A DNA stretch of 64,000 nt from Octopus vulgaris (taxonomy: Eukaryota): positions 66,836,001 to 66,900,000 of the forward strand of contig OX597827.1 in NCBI GenBank assembly GCA_951406725.2, given 5' to 3'. Numbering within the stretch: position 1 is the stretch's first letter; the number at the start of each line of letters is the position of its first letter. Positions 53,287 through 64,000 of this stretch are shown here, one piece after another. The position numbers and the translations under genes were made by a program. Below the pieces are notes generated by a model. That model had not been told where the DNA came from. It saw nothing but the letters and a program-made list of their open reading frames with translations, and made no database searches.

Positions 53287-53995
53287 TAAGTATATATAGA
53301 TATGTAATATATATGTATATATACTGTTGTTTTTCTCACCCCTCCTTATTTCGTCTGTCTCTCTGCCTCTACCTCTCTCGCATCTTTCCCCGCGTGACTG
53401 CTGTTCGGCCAAGCCTGACCTTTCTTTCTTGGTTCGGCCGTCGTCCTTGCGACATCTATATTCCTCCCTGTGCCCGTGGAATCTTGTATCCCTGCCATAA
53501 GGCTTTACTTCCACACACACCAGCTTAATTTAATTCGTCCTTAGTCGAAAGATACTTGTTGTTATGTCCTGTTATTTGTATTTGTGTCACTTTCTCCGGT
53601 TTTTTCCCCGTCCTCGTTTCCATATACAATCGCTGCTTTCTACCAAGGAATCTAATGCTTTTAGCTTAGTTTTTCCTCGGGGTTGGCCATATTGGAGCAA
53701 TCTCGATTATAACCAGCCGAAATTATAAAGATAATCTGTAATTCGACTGAGGAAAGAAAATTCCGAATGGCCCGTCCTTGTTTTCCTTGTAAACTCTATT
53801 TGGATGTTTTGATATCACTTTTCTGTATCACCTAACACTCTGCATGTTTTGTGTTCTTGCCCCATTTTGCATATATATATATATATATATATATAAAGAA
53901 GTAAATATATGGCACAACGAAGTACCGATATTTACTGGAAATAACGAACGTAATAATACGGCTATTCTTTACTGGAAAGCAATACTCTAGTATTG

Positions 53996-54062
<67 letters not shown>

Positions 54063-54438
54063 ATGTTAGAGAGAGAATTACATAGACAAAGACAAGAAAA
54101 CCCAAACAGTTGGTCAGATAGGCAGACAGAATGACGGGTGGATAATTTGACAGATGAAATTATTGGATGGATGAATGCACGAACGACCGAAAGGATGGAT
54201 GGACGGACGAACGGACGGACGGAAGGACGGTCGGTCGGACAGACGGATGGACGGACGCATGGATGGATGGATGGATGGATGCAAGGACGGATGGATGGTC
54301 GTGTATTCACGCAATAGTATGCACATGTAATCAATTTTTTCTACGTTTCTATTTGCAGACTCATACATCACAAACTTAGCACTGCATTATCACAACAAGG
54401 TTTTGAAACTCATATCTTGAATCCCTCGTTGTCCATTC

Positions 54439-54625
54439 TCATTTGTATATATCATCATAGATGCATTGGGTTACGTAGCGATACATTTGCATAACAGGCG
54501 AGCAATGCATGCGGTTGCCGTGAAAGAACAAAGCAAATCTGTTTCGCATTCTCCAAACACAATCAACTAGTGGTACAGTGACAATTTGTAAAACGTTCCA
54601 AATATCCCCATTAATGGGTCCAAGA
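54439..54625 (-). CDS. Candidate last coding exon of an unrecognised gene (H-LGPINGDIWN...QCIYDDIYK*)
   Basis: attcag acceptor, phase 2 entry matching the upstream exon, 61 open codons to TGA. Confidence 0.5.
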
Positions 54626-54723
54626 CTGAATATCGTCGTATTATCATTTATGTATATGTCATACAAATACATACACATATATGAACGCATAAGTTTACAG
54701 AAATTACACATACACATACATAT

Positions 54724-54953
54724 ATATTTCTTTACTACCCACAAGGAGCTAAACACAGAGGGGACAAACAAGGACAGACAAACGGATTAAGTCGATTATA
54801 TCGACCCCAGTGCGTAACTGGTACTTATTTAATCGACCCCGAAAGGATGAAAGGCAAAGTCGACCTCGGCGGAATTTGAACTCAGAACGTAACGGCAGAC
54901 GAAATACGGCTACGCATTTCGCCCGGCGTGCTAACGTTTCTGCCAGCTCGCCA
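54724..54953 (-). mobile_element. SINE family A monomer
   Basis: Reverse complement of family A, one unit. Confidence 0.9.
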
Positions 54954-56395
54954 CATACATATACGCACATGCGCATACACTTGTACTGAAGTTGCATCCA
55001 CGCTGACAAACTGAGAGTAAATTTAGCCATACACACATACACATACACGAACACGCATACATATTTGTACACACTAAATCTTTCACGTAAGCACATACCC
55101 CAAGTCTTGGTTTGATATAAATATAAGAGCTTTATCACTTTTATAGTGACCAGCTTGTAGTCTGAAAACGAAATAATTAAATGAGTCAGAAGAAATAACA
55201 ACACAGCGAATATAATAGTATCATGAGATTAGCTTTAGAATTCCTAACGCGGTATTTGAGTATACAGATGTTGCACGTAAACCAATGTTAATTTGACTCT
55301 CCTATTTCAATACAAACTAAGAAGAGAAGCATTCATCATACCAGCAGAAAATTATACACGATTACATATCCGGAAATCTACAGAATATCAACAAAACTAA
55401 CAGGAATAATTGCCTTTGTCGGATAGGATAGAAGGCCACAACTATGAGATACTATATACATGTGTATATATATATATATATATCGTGCCGCATATTTGCC
55501 ATTTGAATATGGCTAACCCTTAAGGGTGGATGCTACTGTAGTTTGTAGCCCCAGGAAGATACCTCCTCCAGCTGGCTATAGACACTATATGTGCCCTATC
55601 AGTATTTGTGAAGGGAAGTCATCCTTCCCGTCTTCAACTTATGATACACACGGACTCGAGTTTCAAGGTGTTTACCTATCATCAGCGTGTGACAATCATA
55701 GTTGTCGACGATATATATAGAATTTCATTGACGTCTCTTAGAATTTATGCCAGATTTGGAGGCTATGTTGTCCCCCCTCATCTGCTACGAAAGCTCAAGG
55801 GCATGCTTGTATTTGTTTTGACCAGAGACAGACCTGCTGGAAAACGATGTTAATCATTTTCACCAGGGTACAATGTCATTAATGTGTATCGAAACTCCGA
55901 TATGTTTTGATATTAGTCATAAAATTGTACGCAAGATGGGAATTCCCATGCGGTATTACGTTGTGGCTAAAATCATTTACAATGTTTACTATAGAAGGGA
56001 TTACCTGATTGTCATATTAAATGCGCAGCACAAACTGTACGTGCCAGCACATGTGAAAAAATAATGCAAAATGGTGGATTATTCCAAGACAAATAGAAGT
56101 GATGTGTAAACACGATGAAGCATGTATTCTTCTCGTGATATATCACATCTGGAATCATAATAATAGCATACTATATGAATTTCGAATGCAGTCGATCCGA
56201 GTAGCATTCAGTAAGATTTCGTCTACATAAATTTGACTCAGAAGGTTTGAGTCTAAATAAAGCGATGGTGAGATAAAGTGGCTCGATTTTCGATAGATAG
56301 AAACGAATTCGCGTAGCTTAGGAGTGCCAAGCAAAATTCTTCTTCCTTATATCATACATACATACACACACACACATACATACATACATATATAC

Positions 56396-56444
<49 letters not shown>

Positions 56445-56448
<4 letters not shown>

Positions 56449-56732
56449 CGTGACCGACAAGGCTATCAGATGTTGCTAAACATCGCTGATCACAATGCTC
56501 TCCGCATTGTTTTAGCCTTCAAATGATGCCACCCCGCTGGCCAACAGAAGAACGAGTGAGAGGAAGTTGTGGCAAAAGAGTAAAGCAGGGATCACCACCA
56601 CCCCCTGTCGGAGCCTCGTGGAGCTTTAGGTGTTTTCGGTCAATAAACACTCACAACGCCCGGTCAGGGAATCGAAACCACGATCCTACAACCGCGAGTC
56701 CGCTGCCCTAACCACTGGGTCATTGCGCCTCC
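56445..56732 (-). mobile_element. SINE family C'
   Basis: C-type head with the tail found at 1268-1541. Confidence 0.88.
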
Positions 56733-56918
56733 ATATATATATATATATATATATACATACATGCGTCTCTGTGTGTATGTGTGTGGGGGGGGAGTGCCTT
56801 AAACTTTGTCTGCCGAGGAAATCAGATGCGAATTTTCCGTGTGTCATGTCCTTGCCAAGGTTGAACTTTATGTTTCCCTCTGGTTTGTGGTCCTTTTATT
56901 TTCCGTTTCCGGTTTCAT

Positions 56919-56956
<38 letters not shown>

Positions 56957-56958
<2 letters not shown>

Positions 56959-57288
56959 AGGCGTACTGGTTAGGGCAGCGGACTTGCGGTCACAGGATCG
57001 TGGTTTCGATTCCCACAACGGACGTTATCAGTGTTTAACGGTCCACGAGGTTCCGAAAGGGGTTGGTGAACCCTGCTATACTCTTTCATCACAACTTTCA
57101 CTCTATCTTCCTGTTTCTGTTGTTCCTGTATTCCAAAAGGCCAGTCTTGTCACACTCTGTGTCATGCTGATTCTTCCCGAGAGCTACGTTAAGGGTACAC
57201 GTGTCTGTTGAGTACTCAGCCACTTGCACTTAATTTCACGAGCACGCAGTTCCGTTAAGCAGATCAACTGGAACCCTTGTGGTCGTAA
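56957..57288 (+). mobile_element. SINE family C
   Basis: ggaggcg..tggttagggcagcggacttgcggtc head; ctacgttaagggtacacgtgtctgt body. Confidence 0.88.
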
Positions 57289-57328
57289 TCATATATATAT
57301 ATATTCACACATACACAAACACACATGC

Positions 57329-57365
<37 letters not shown>

Positions 57366-57366
<1 letters not shown>

Positions 57367-57469
57367 TTTATTTAAAGTAGCAGAAAATTCAACAAAACCT
57401 GTTACTCTGAGTTTCCCGGGAAACTCAGAGTAACAGGTATTGTTGAATTTTCTGCTGCTTTAAATAAAG
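57366..57469. repeat. Fold-back palindrome, 52-bp arms, no loop, 2 mismatches
   Basis: ctttatttaaag...gagtttccc|gggaaactc...ctttaaataaag. Confidence 0.95.
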
Positions 57470-57535
57470 CATATTACTCTACCACTGGTATTTGAGTACT
57501 TTTTTTCCACCTTGCTTCACATTTATGTGTTTACT

Positions 57536-57579
<44 letters not shown>

Positions 57580-57960
57580 TTATTATTTATACATACAAAC
57601 GTGCATACACACATACATACATACGTACGCACATACGTACGTACGTATGTACATACATACATGCATACATGCATACATACATACATACATACATACATAC
57701 ATACATACATACATACATACATACAAACATGTATGCTTACTCATCACATATTAAAAATATGAGGGAAGGCTAAGACAAACTTGCCCAATCATTCAAAGGA
57801 TGGAAACGAAATCGGGAAAGCGAAATATGCCAAGCGAAATTCTTCTAGCTTTCGTCCGTACATATATATATATATATATAAACATAGATAGATAAATATA
57901 TACACACATACATGCATGCGTACATACCCACATACATACAGTTTGTATGTACGTACATAC

Positions 57961-58043
57961 TGCATACACATCGCACTGGACATAAACGAGGACTGGAGGA
58001 TGCCAGGACCTGCAAAACATGTCATTCCTTTGGAAATTTTCAA
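57961..58043 (-). CDS. Candidate internal exon (LKISKGMTCFAGPGILQSSFMSSAMCM)
   Basis: ttctttag acceptor, gtatgt donor, phase 0 to 2. Confidence 0.5.
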
Positions 58044-58257
58044 CTAAAGAATTGATAATGCTAAAGTTCTCCTCTTTTTCTATTGGCAAATATTTCAAGA
58101 CCTGCATACGACTATGAATAGAAAGAAGCAAGCAGGCACAAACATTGAAACACTCATCGCAGAAACACAGTGGCATACACACGCATACATACTCGCATAT
58201 ATTAAAGCGTACGTGAGTGTGCATGCTCTCTCATATATTCATACATATGATAGATAG

Positions 58258-58299
<42 letters not shown>

Positions 58300-58674
58300 T
58301 TAAGTATATATAAACATATATATATTTATCATATATATATATACATTCATACACACATACATATATATATATATACATACATATATATATATATATATAT
58401 TTAAGTATATATAAACATATATATATTTATCATATATATATATATATACATACATATGAATGTATGTATACATATACAGATTTGGTGATGCAAACAAGAA
58501 AAATACTAAAATTTGAGTAGATTTATATTTATGTATGGTTTTATGTGTCTGCATATATTATATATATATATATATATATAAGAGAGAGAGAGAGAGAGAG
58601 AGAGAGATGTGTATGTATGTATATATATATGTGTATGTATATGCGTATATGTATATATATAAATGTATATATAT

Positions 58675-58724
<50 letters not shown>

Positions 58725-58821
58725 ACATACATTCACATATATACATTTACTTTTACTTGTTTCAGTCAAATAACTGAAACAAGTAAAAGAATAAAAGAAT
58801 ACATATGTGCGTATGTGTATA

Positions 58822-58881
<60 letters not shown>

Positions 58882-58933
58882 CATGCTATGTTTTACTTTC
58901 TATCCCTCAAGTAAACTTTTTCATATAAATATG

Positions 58934-58999
<66 letters not shown>

Positions 59000-59003
59000 T
59001 TAC

Positions 59004-59059
<56 letters not shown>

Positions 59060-59116
59060 TCTGATACATGGATGTATTCTTGCAAGTAAGCATGGGAATA
59101 AATCGATATTCCTTAC

Positions 59117-59183
59117 AAAACTACAACCTATTGAACAATCATAGTTCGATACTTTGAAGACGTGAGCCACAGAATGTCTTGTT
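59117..59183 (-). CDS. Candidate internal exon ([22 protein letters not shown])
   Basis: atgctag acceptor (weak), gtaagg donor, phase 2 to 0. Confidence 0.4.
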
Positions 59184-59287
59184 CTAGCATACACATTGAT
59201 ATAAGCATGCGTATTTACATAATACAGACACGCACATACATAGGTGCTGACACAGACACGCACACACACATACACATATTTACATAC

Positions 59288-59460
59288 GTATACATAACTG
59301 CATGAATGCGTTGTCCATAAATACATGTTTTATTAATGCGGAGTAAAGGTATGTTTTTCTCATAAAATAGCAAACACTGAGTCACAATCAGTTCCTTACA
59401 CTTCCTATGCAGACATTTCACTTCCTTGGGGCTAATTTTTTGTACAAATTTCACGAGACG
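59288..59460 (-). CDS. Candidate internal exon (RLVKFVQKISPKEVKCLHRKC...RIHAVMY)
   Basis: ctctctatag acceptor, gtatgt donor, 57 open codons, phase 0 to 2. Confidence 0.5.
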
Positions 59461-59605
59461 CTATAGAGAGCGTAACTATAGTATTTAACTCTCTTTACTT
59501 CGACGATTACATAAATGTTCAATAATCACCGAACACAAAGTTTTGGCCTCTATTTACGATATGAGCAGCACAAAGTACAATTTGTATTGATATAGTAAAA
59601 ACTAC

Positions 59606-59726
59606 CTGTTGGAATTTTAGGCGATTTTGGTGCATGAATATTGTCTTGGCCAGGTTCATGTACATCTTTCTATTATAAACCTTCTGGTACATTTTAAATT
59701 GTCTCATCATATCAGAGTAGTTCACT
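59606..59726 (-). CDS. Candidate internal exon (VNYSDMMRQFKMYQKVY...NRLKFQQ)
   Basis: ctttcag acceptor with gctaac branch-like motif about 30 nt upstream, CAG|gtagtt donor, only one frame open (phase 2 to 0). Confidence 0.55.
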
Positions 59727-59796
59727 CTGAAAGTGTATCAAACAGCCTTTTTTAAAGTTAGCTATTATTCAAGGATATTTTTGAAGTTACCTTTAC

Positions 59797-59853
59797 CTCA
59801 AGGTAAACTCATTATGTTTTGGGAAAACAATAAGTAACCAGCCAGGTAAGAAC
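59797..59853 (-). CDS. Candidate internal exon (FLPGWLLIVFPKHNEFTL)
   Basis: ttttattag acceptor, AG|gtaaag donor, phase 2 to 2, 70-nt intron to the next exon. Confidence 0.4.
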
Positions 59854-60263
59854 CTAATAAAATGCTAAGCACTATTCCAACGAAATTAGTTTCTCTTCAC
59901 ATCGGTAATATATGCTTATCTGCATATACGCATCTGCATATACGCATATCTTTTCCATCTTAATACACAACGCAGTACAGTATTTTCACACGTCTTCCCA
60001 CACCTTCACATATGATTTAGCAATCTCCTTAATTATTTCTTTCTAACATACACTATGTTTCGCTCATTGTTCTGAAGAAAGACATATGCCCGAAACGTTA
60101 CGGATTTCGTTATATCAGTTAAGCATTAACTTTTATTTTCCTCCCTATACGTAGATAGATTTATTTACACTATAAATGCATAGTCACACGCACACATACA
60201 CACAAACACACACATACACACATATATGTGTATATATATTTATATGTGTGTATATGTATATCT

Positions 60264-60417
60264 AGGAGTAGGCATGGCTGTGTGGTAAGAAGCTGGCTTC
60301 CCAACCACATGGTTCCGGTTACAGTCCTACAGCGTGGCACCATGGTCGAATGTCTTTTACACTAGCCTCGGGCCGACGAAAGCCTTAATAGACGGAAACT
60401 GAGAGAAGTCCGTCGTA
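60264..60417 (+). mobile_element. SINE family B head fragment
   Basis: ggcatggctgtgtggtaagaagctggcttcccaaccacatggttccggtt. Confidence 0.8.
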
Positions 60418-60458
60418 GATATACATATATGATATACATAAATACATAATACACACAC

Positions 60459-60507
<49 letters not shown>

Positions 60508-60512
<5 letters not shown>

Positions 60513-60688
60513 TATATTAAATTAGAGACAAAACCACTATTAGGCAAATCATACAATGAAAAACTTAAGCCAATACATAAGATTATTTAATTTATATTAT
60601 TAAAATTAAATAATCTTATGTATTGGCTTAAGTTTTTCATTGTATGATTTGCCTAATAGTGGTTTTGTCTCTAATTTAATATAATATA
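60508..60688. repeat. Perfect fold-back inverted repeat, 86-bp arms, 9-nt loop
   Basis: tatattatattaaattagagacaaaacc...ttatttaattt / aaattaaataa...ggttttgtctctaatttaatataatata. Confidence 0.95.
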
Positions 60689-60774
60689 ATATTTTACTAT
60701 AAAATTGGATTCAATCCTAAATCTGATTTTTCCCTGTAAGTTTGGATTTATTCCCTAATATTTATTATTATATT

Positions 60775-60810
<36 letters not shown>

Positions 60811-61222
60811 CGCGTGTGTATTTATATATAATATGTATATAAGCTATATATAAATACATAAGCGAATACACATGTATTTTTGTTTGTTTTTTTTTTTTTT
60901 GCCTTATACGCGTGTATGCACGTTTGTGTGTGCACATACATATTTTATGTATGAAGGGAAGGAAATACTAAATGGATTGCTTAGTAAAATGATCCTGGCG
61001 AAACATGCGGTCCAATAATCTTTGCCCGTTAAACAGAATCAGACAGATTTAGTTCATATGACCTTGAATGAATACAGGAACGGACAGATAACCAAATATC
61101 TACATACTTCACATTTTCTAACAAGGTTAACGATTTTTTTTCCAGTCAAGTACGTGTTCTTCTATTTTATGCTTTTCGTATTATTTTTCATTTCTTAAAA
61201 TGTCTTCCTTTATTTTACTTAC

Positions 61223-61288
61223 CATTAAATTTTCTTGTGTTCCTTTGTCATGTTTGCAGTTCGTGAATTTTAACTTCTCCAAACAATT
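61223..61288 (-). CDS. Candidate internal exon (NCLEKLKFTNCKHDKGTQENLM)
   Basis: Strong tttcttttag acceptor and ATG|gtaagt donor; 66 nt; only phase 0 is open. Confidence 0.5.
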
Positions 61289-61984
61289 CTAAAAGAAACG
61301 TGTAAGATTATCCTTTTCGATTCAGTTACGTTAAGTTAGTATCGAATGATCGATTACTCATTAATGTACTGATGGCCACAGATTGACTGTTGGTTGTGAT
61401 GTACATATTCAGAAAGAATATCTGTGGATGTATGGTTTTCGACACCAGCGAATTATTGAGAATTCATTCATAGTTCTGAAATATAGTATATATGCAATAT
61501 AGTATATATGCAATATAGTATATAGTTTGCATATAGTATATATGCAAACATATTTATATATACGTGTATGTGTGTGTGTGTGTCGGTGGAATTATATATA
61601 TGTATTTGCGTGTTTTTGTGTGCATATGTGTGCATTTGTGTGGGTGTGAGAGAGAGAGGGAGAGGGAGAGAGAGAAGGTATGTATAATTTTAGTGTATAT
61701 TCGTTCGACATCCTTTTAAACAACAGCGAAATTTTTCGAGCTAAAATGTAAACGGCTCAAACAGACACAAACATACACACCCTCAGACATATCTTTGATG
61801 CGCAGGAGCCACCACACTGCTATAAGAACTGGATCTTTAGGAGCAAGGAAACTATTCAAAACTGCTGTTTTTATCAATTTTTCTATCTCCTTCATCACAT
61901 TTATCTTCTAAATAATTTACCGAATTTGGAAGATATTCAAACGCTGAATATAAAAAAAACCTGCTGTAAATTTTGAGAGCTTAC

Positions 61985-62084
61985 TTAGGCACAATGCTTC
62001 TTGGTTGGGCAGTGGATTACAGTGGATTGGGGCATTTGCTTTTTTGGGGAAAAATATCCATGTATGAGTGATATTCAGAAATAT
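61985..62084 (-). CDS. Candidate internal exon (IFLNITHTWIFFPKKANAPIHCNPLPNQEALCL)
   Basis: catcttacag acceptor, gtaagc donor (alternative donor near 61921); only phase 0 is open. Confidence 0.35.
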
Positions 62085-62965
62085 CTGTAAGATGTTTTCA
62101 TAGATTTATCTAAATATATCTAAATAATATATATCTAAATAATAAATAACTGAATATATACCTTCAGTCAATCATTATCAAAATATAAGCTACACATACA
62201 CACGCACGCACAGAGACACACACATACGCATACACACACATACACACACATACATATACATTCATGCATACACATATTCAGATAGGTAGATAAATAGATA
62301 GATATTAAACATATATACATACATATACAAGGATACATACATACATATATATATATATATACACTCACATACATATGTATGTGTATGTGTGCGTGTGTAT
62401 GTGTGTGTGTATGTATGTATGTATGTATATATGTATGTATACCATCTTTTTAGTAATACAAGCTGACAGTATATATGTAAATTTTCTATCCTCCACCAAA
62501 TTATCTGATAACTATTTCTAGACTGTTGCTTTTATCGACAATTTATTGTCTGTTTTATATCTTTCTAGAAGATATTTTATTTCTTGTATATTAAATGAGA
62601 CATGATATTTTCAAAGATGGCTATCATATCCGTTTATATAATGAAAAAAAGTTGCTACTTCATAGCGTGTGTATATTTTACTGTGCGACTTTTCTATGTC
62701 ATTTAACTGGACCCCGAAGCGACACCAAGAAAGAAGAGAGTGTGAAACTGGGAGAATACAACCGTAGTCAGTTTTATTGATGAGCAATATTTGTGTGAAA
62801 TTTTCTTTAAAGATCTTTATTAATTATTTGTAATAAAATAAGTTACGTTCCATTTTAGAGCTCTGTACTTCGGTAGTAATCAAAAGGGGCGTGAAGATGA
62901 ACCCGTTTTGTAACAGTAACAATAAATTTAGAGTTATTGTCTCGGTTTTATGTGAATTCATTAAG

Positions 62966-63287
62966 GGCGAAGCTAAGGATTATGTACAGTGTACATTGTA
63001 CGCCACCTGTTTCGGCGTAACAAAACCCTTAAACCTAATCCTAACCCTAATGCCTAAACCTTACCCTAACATTGCATAAACGGCGGAGGTAAAGAATACG
63101 TACACCAGCCGTTTTCGACGAAACAAAATCTCCTAGCTTAACCTAACACTTAACCCTAACCCTTACCCTAAACACTGACATAACCCTAAACTCAAACTGT
63201 AACCCTAAACTTTAACCCAAACCCCAAACCCTAATCCTAAAACCCTAAACCTAACCCTAAACACCGGGTGTATTCTTAACATTCGCC
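62966..63287. repeat. Degenerate (CCCTAA)n telomere-like repeats inside a short inverted-repeat-bounded element
   Basis: Multiple cctaaa/ccctaa units; ggcggaggtaaagaatac (63082) is an imperfect inverted match to gtattcttaacattcgcc (63270-63287). Confidence 0.6.
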
Positions 63288-63358
63288 TACATTAAATTTA
63301 AGATGTATGTATATAAATTCATATATACATACGTCATACATATATACACATCTAGATA

Positions 63359-63417
<59 letters not shown>

Positions 63418-64000
63418 TAGTGTATGTATATTTGCATGTATGTATATATGTATGCATGTATGCTTGCGTGTATGGATTAATGTATATGTAAATATGGATA
63501 TAAATATCATGCATATATATATATATTTACTGGGTTAGTGAGTTGATTCTTTTTTATGATAGCTACTTTAGAGACACCAAATAATTCAATTAAAAAATTT
63601 ACAATGCCCAAGGGCTGGTTTTTGCTCTTCTGAAAATCTACGCATGTATCTATGAGTGAATATGTGTTTGTGTGTGTGTAAGTACAAATGATAAAGAGAT
63701 TAATAGAGAAATGTTATTGCCTCCAGGTCAAATTCCTTCTTTCAACGCATGACTGAGCATGATCTTGGCTTGACTAATAGCGGTTAAAGGCACACACGAA
63801 CACATACACACACTAAGAAAGGAACGCGCACGCACACACATATTTCCGCTTCTAAACTTATTTCAGTGAAGCTTTGAAAGCAAGTAAATAAGGAAAACTT
63901 CTCAATTTAGTTTTAATTATAAAACTAAATCTCTCAACAGCTAAAAACATTCTTTTCCAGCGTTAGAATTGCACATATGTTGAAATGTTTCATAAAATTG

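Noticed and set aside
61716-61898. Stand-alone 60-aa ORF (KEIEKLIKTAVL...WWLLRIK)
   Set aside because: It may contain an exon, but frame and splice sites are ambiguous (QCGGSCASKICLR is an alternative reading), so it is not called.

Overview
AT-rich, microsatellite-saturated eukaryotic DNA. The SINE families resemble those I recall from Octopus (coleoid cephalopod); this is inference, not a database result. Almost all ORFs in the supplied track are translations of (TA)n, (GATA)n, (AAT)n or (CTT)n repeats. Recognisable content: about 30 copies of three tRNA-derived SINE families (here A, B, C/C'); a young 5'-truncated CR1-group LINE with an open RT frame (47561-48657); three fragments of R4/Dong-like restriction-endonuclease LINEs beside (TAA)n arrays; an RTE 3' fragment; an internally deleted mariner nested in a SINE; and two Helitron derivatives. 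Several short Penelope-like fragments lie in (TA)n tracts. They carry minimal hammerhead-ribozyme motifs (one canonical, two with a compensatory A3-U8 core, two with U6) or long fold-back hairpins. A chain of in-phase, GT-AG-bounded minus-strand exons (about 54.4-62.1 kb) suggests an unrecognised Cys/Met-rich protein gene. Repeat boundaries were read by eye and are approximate.
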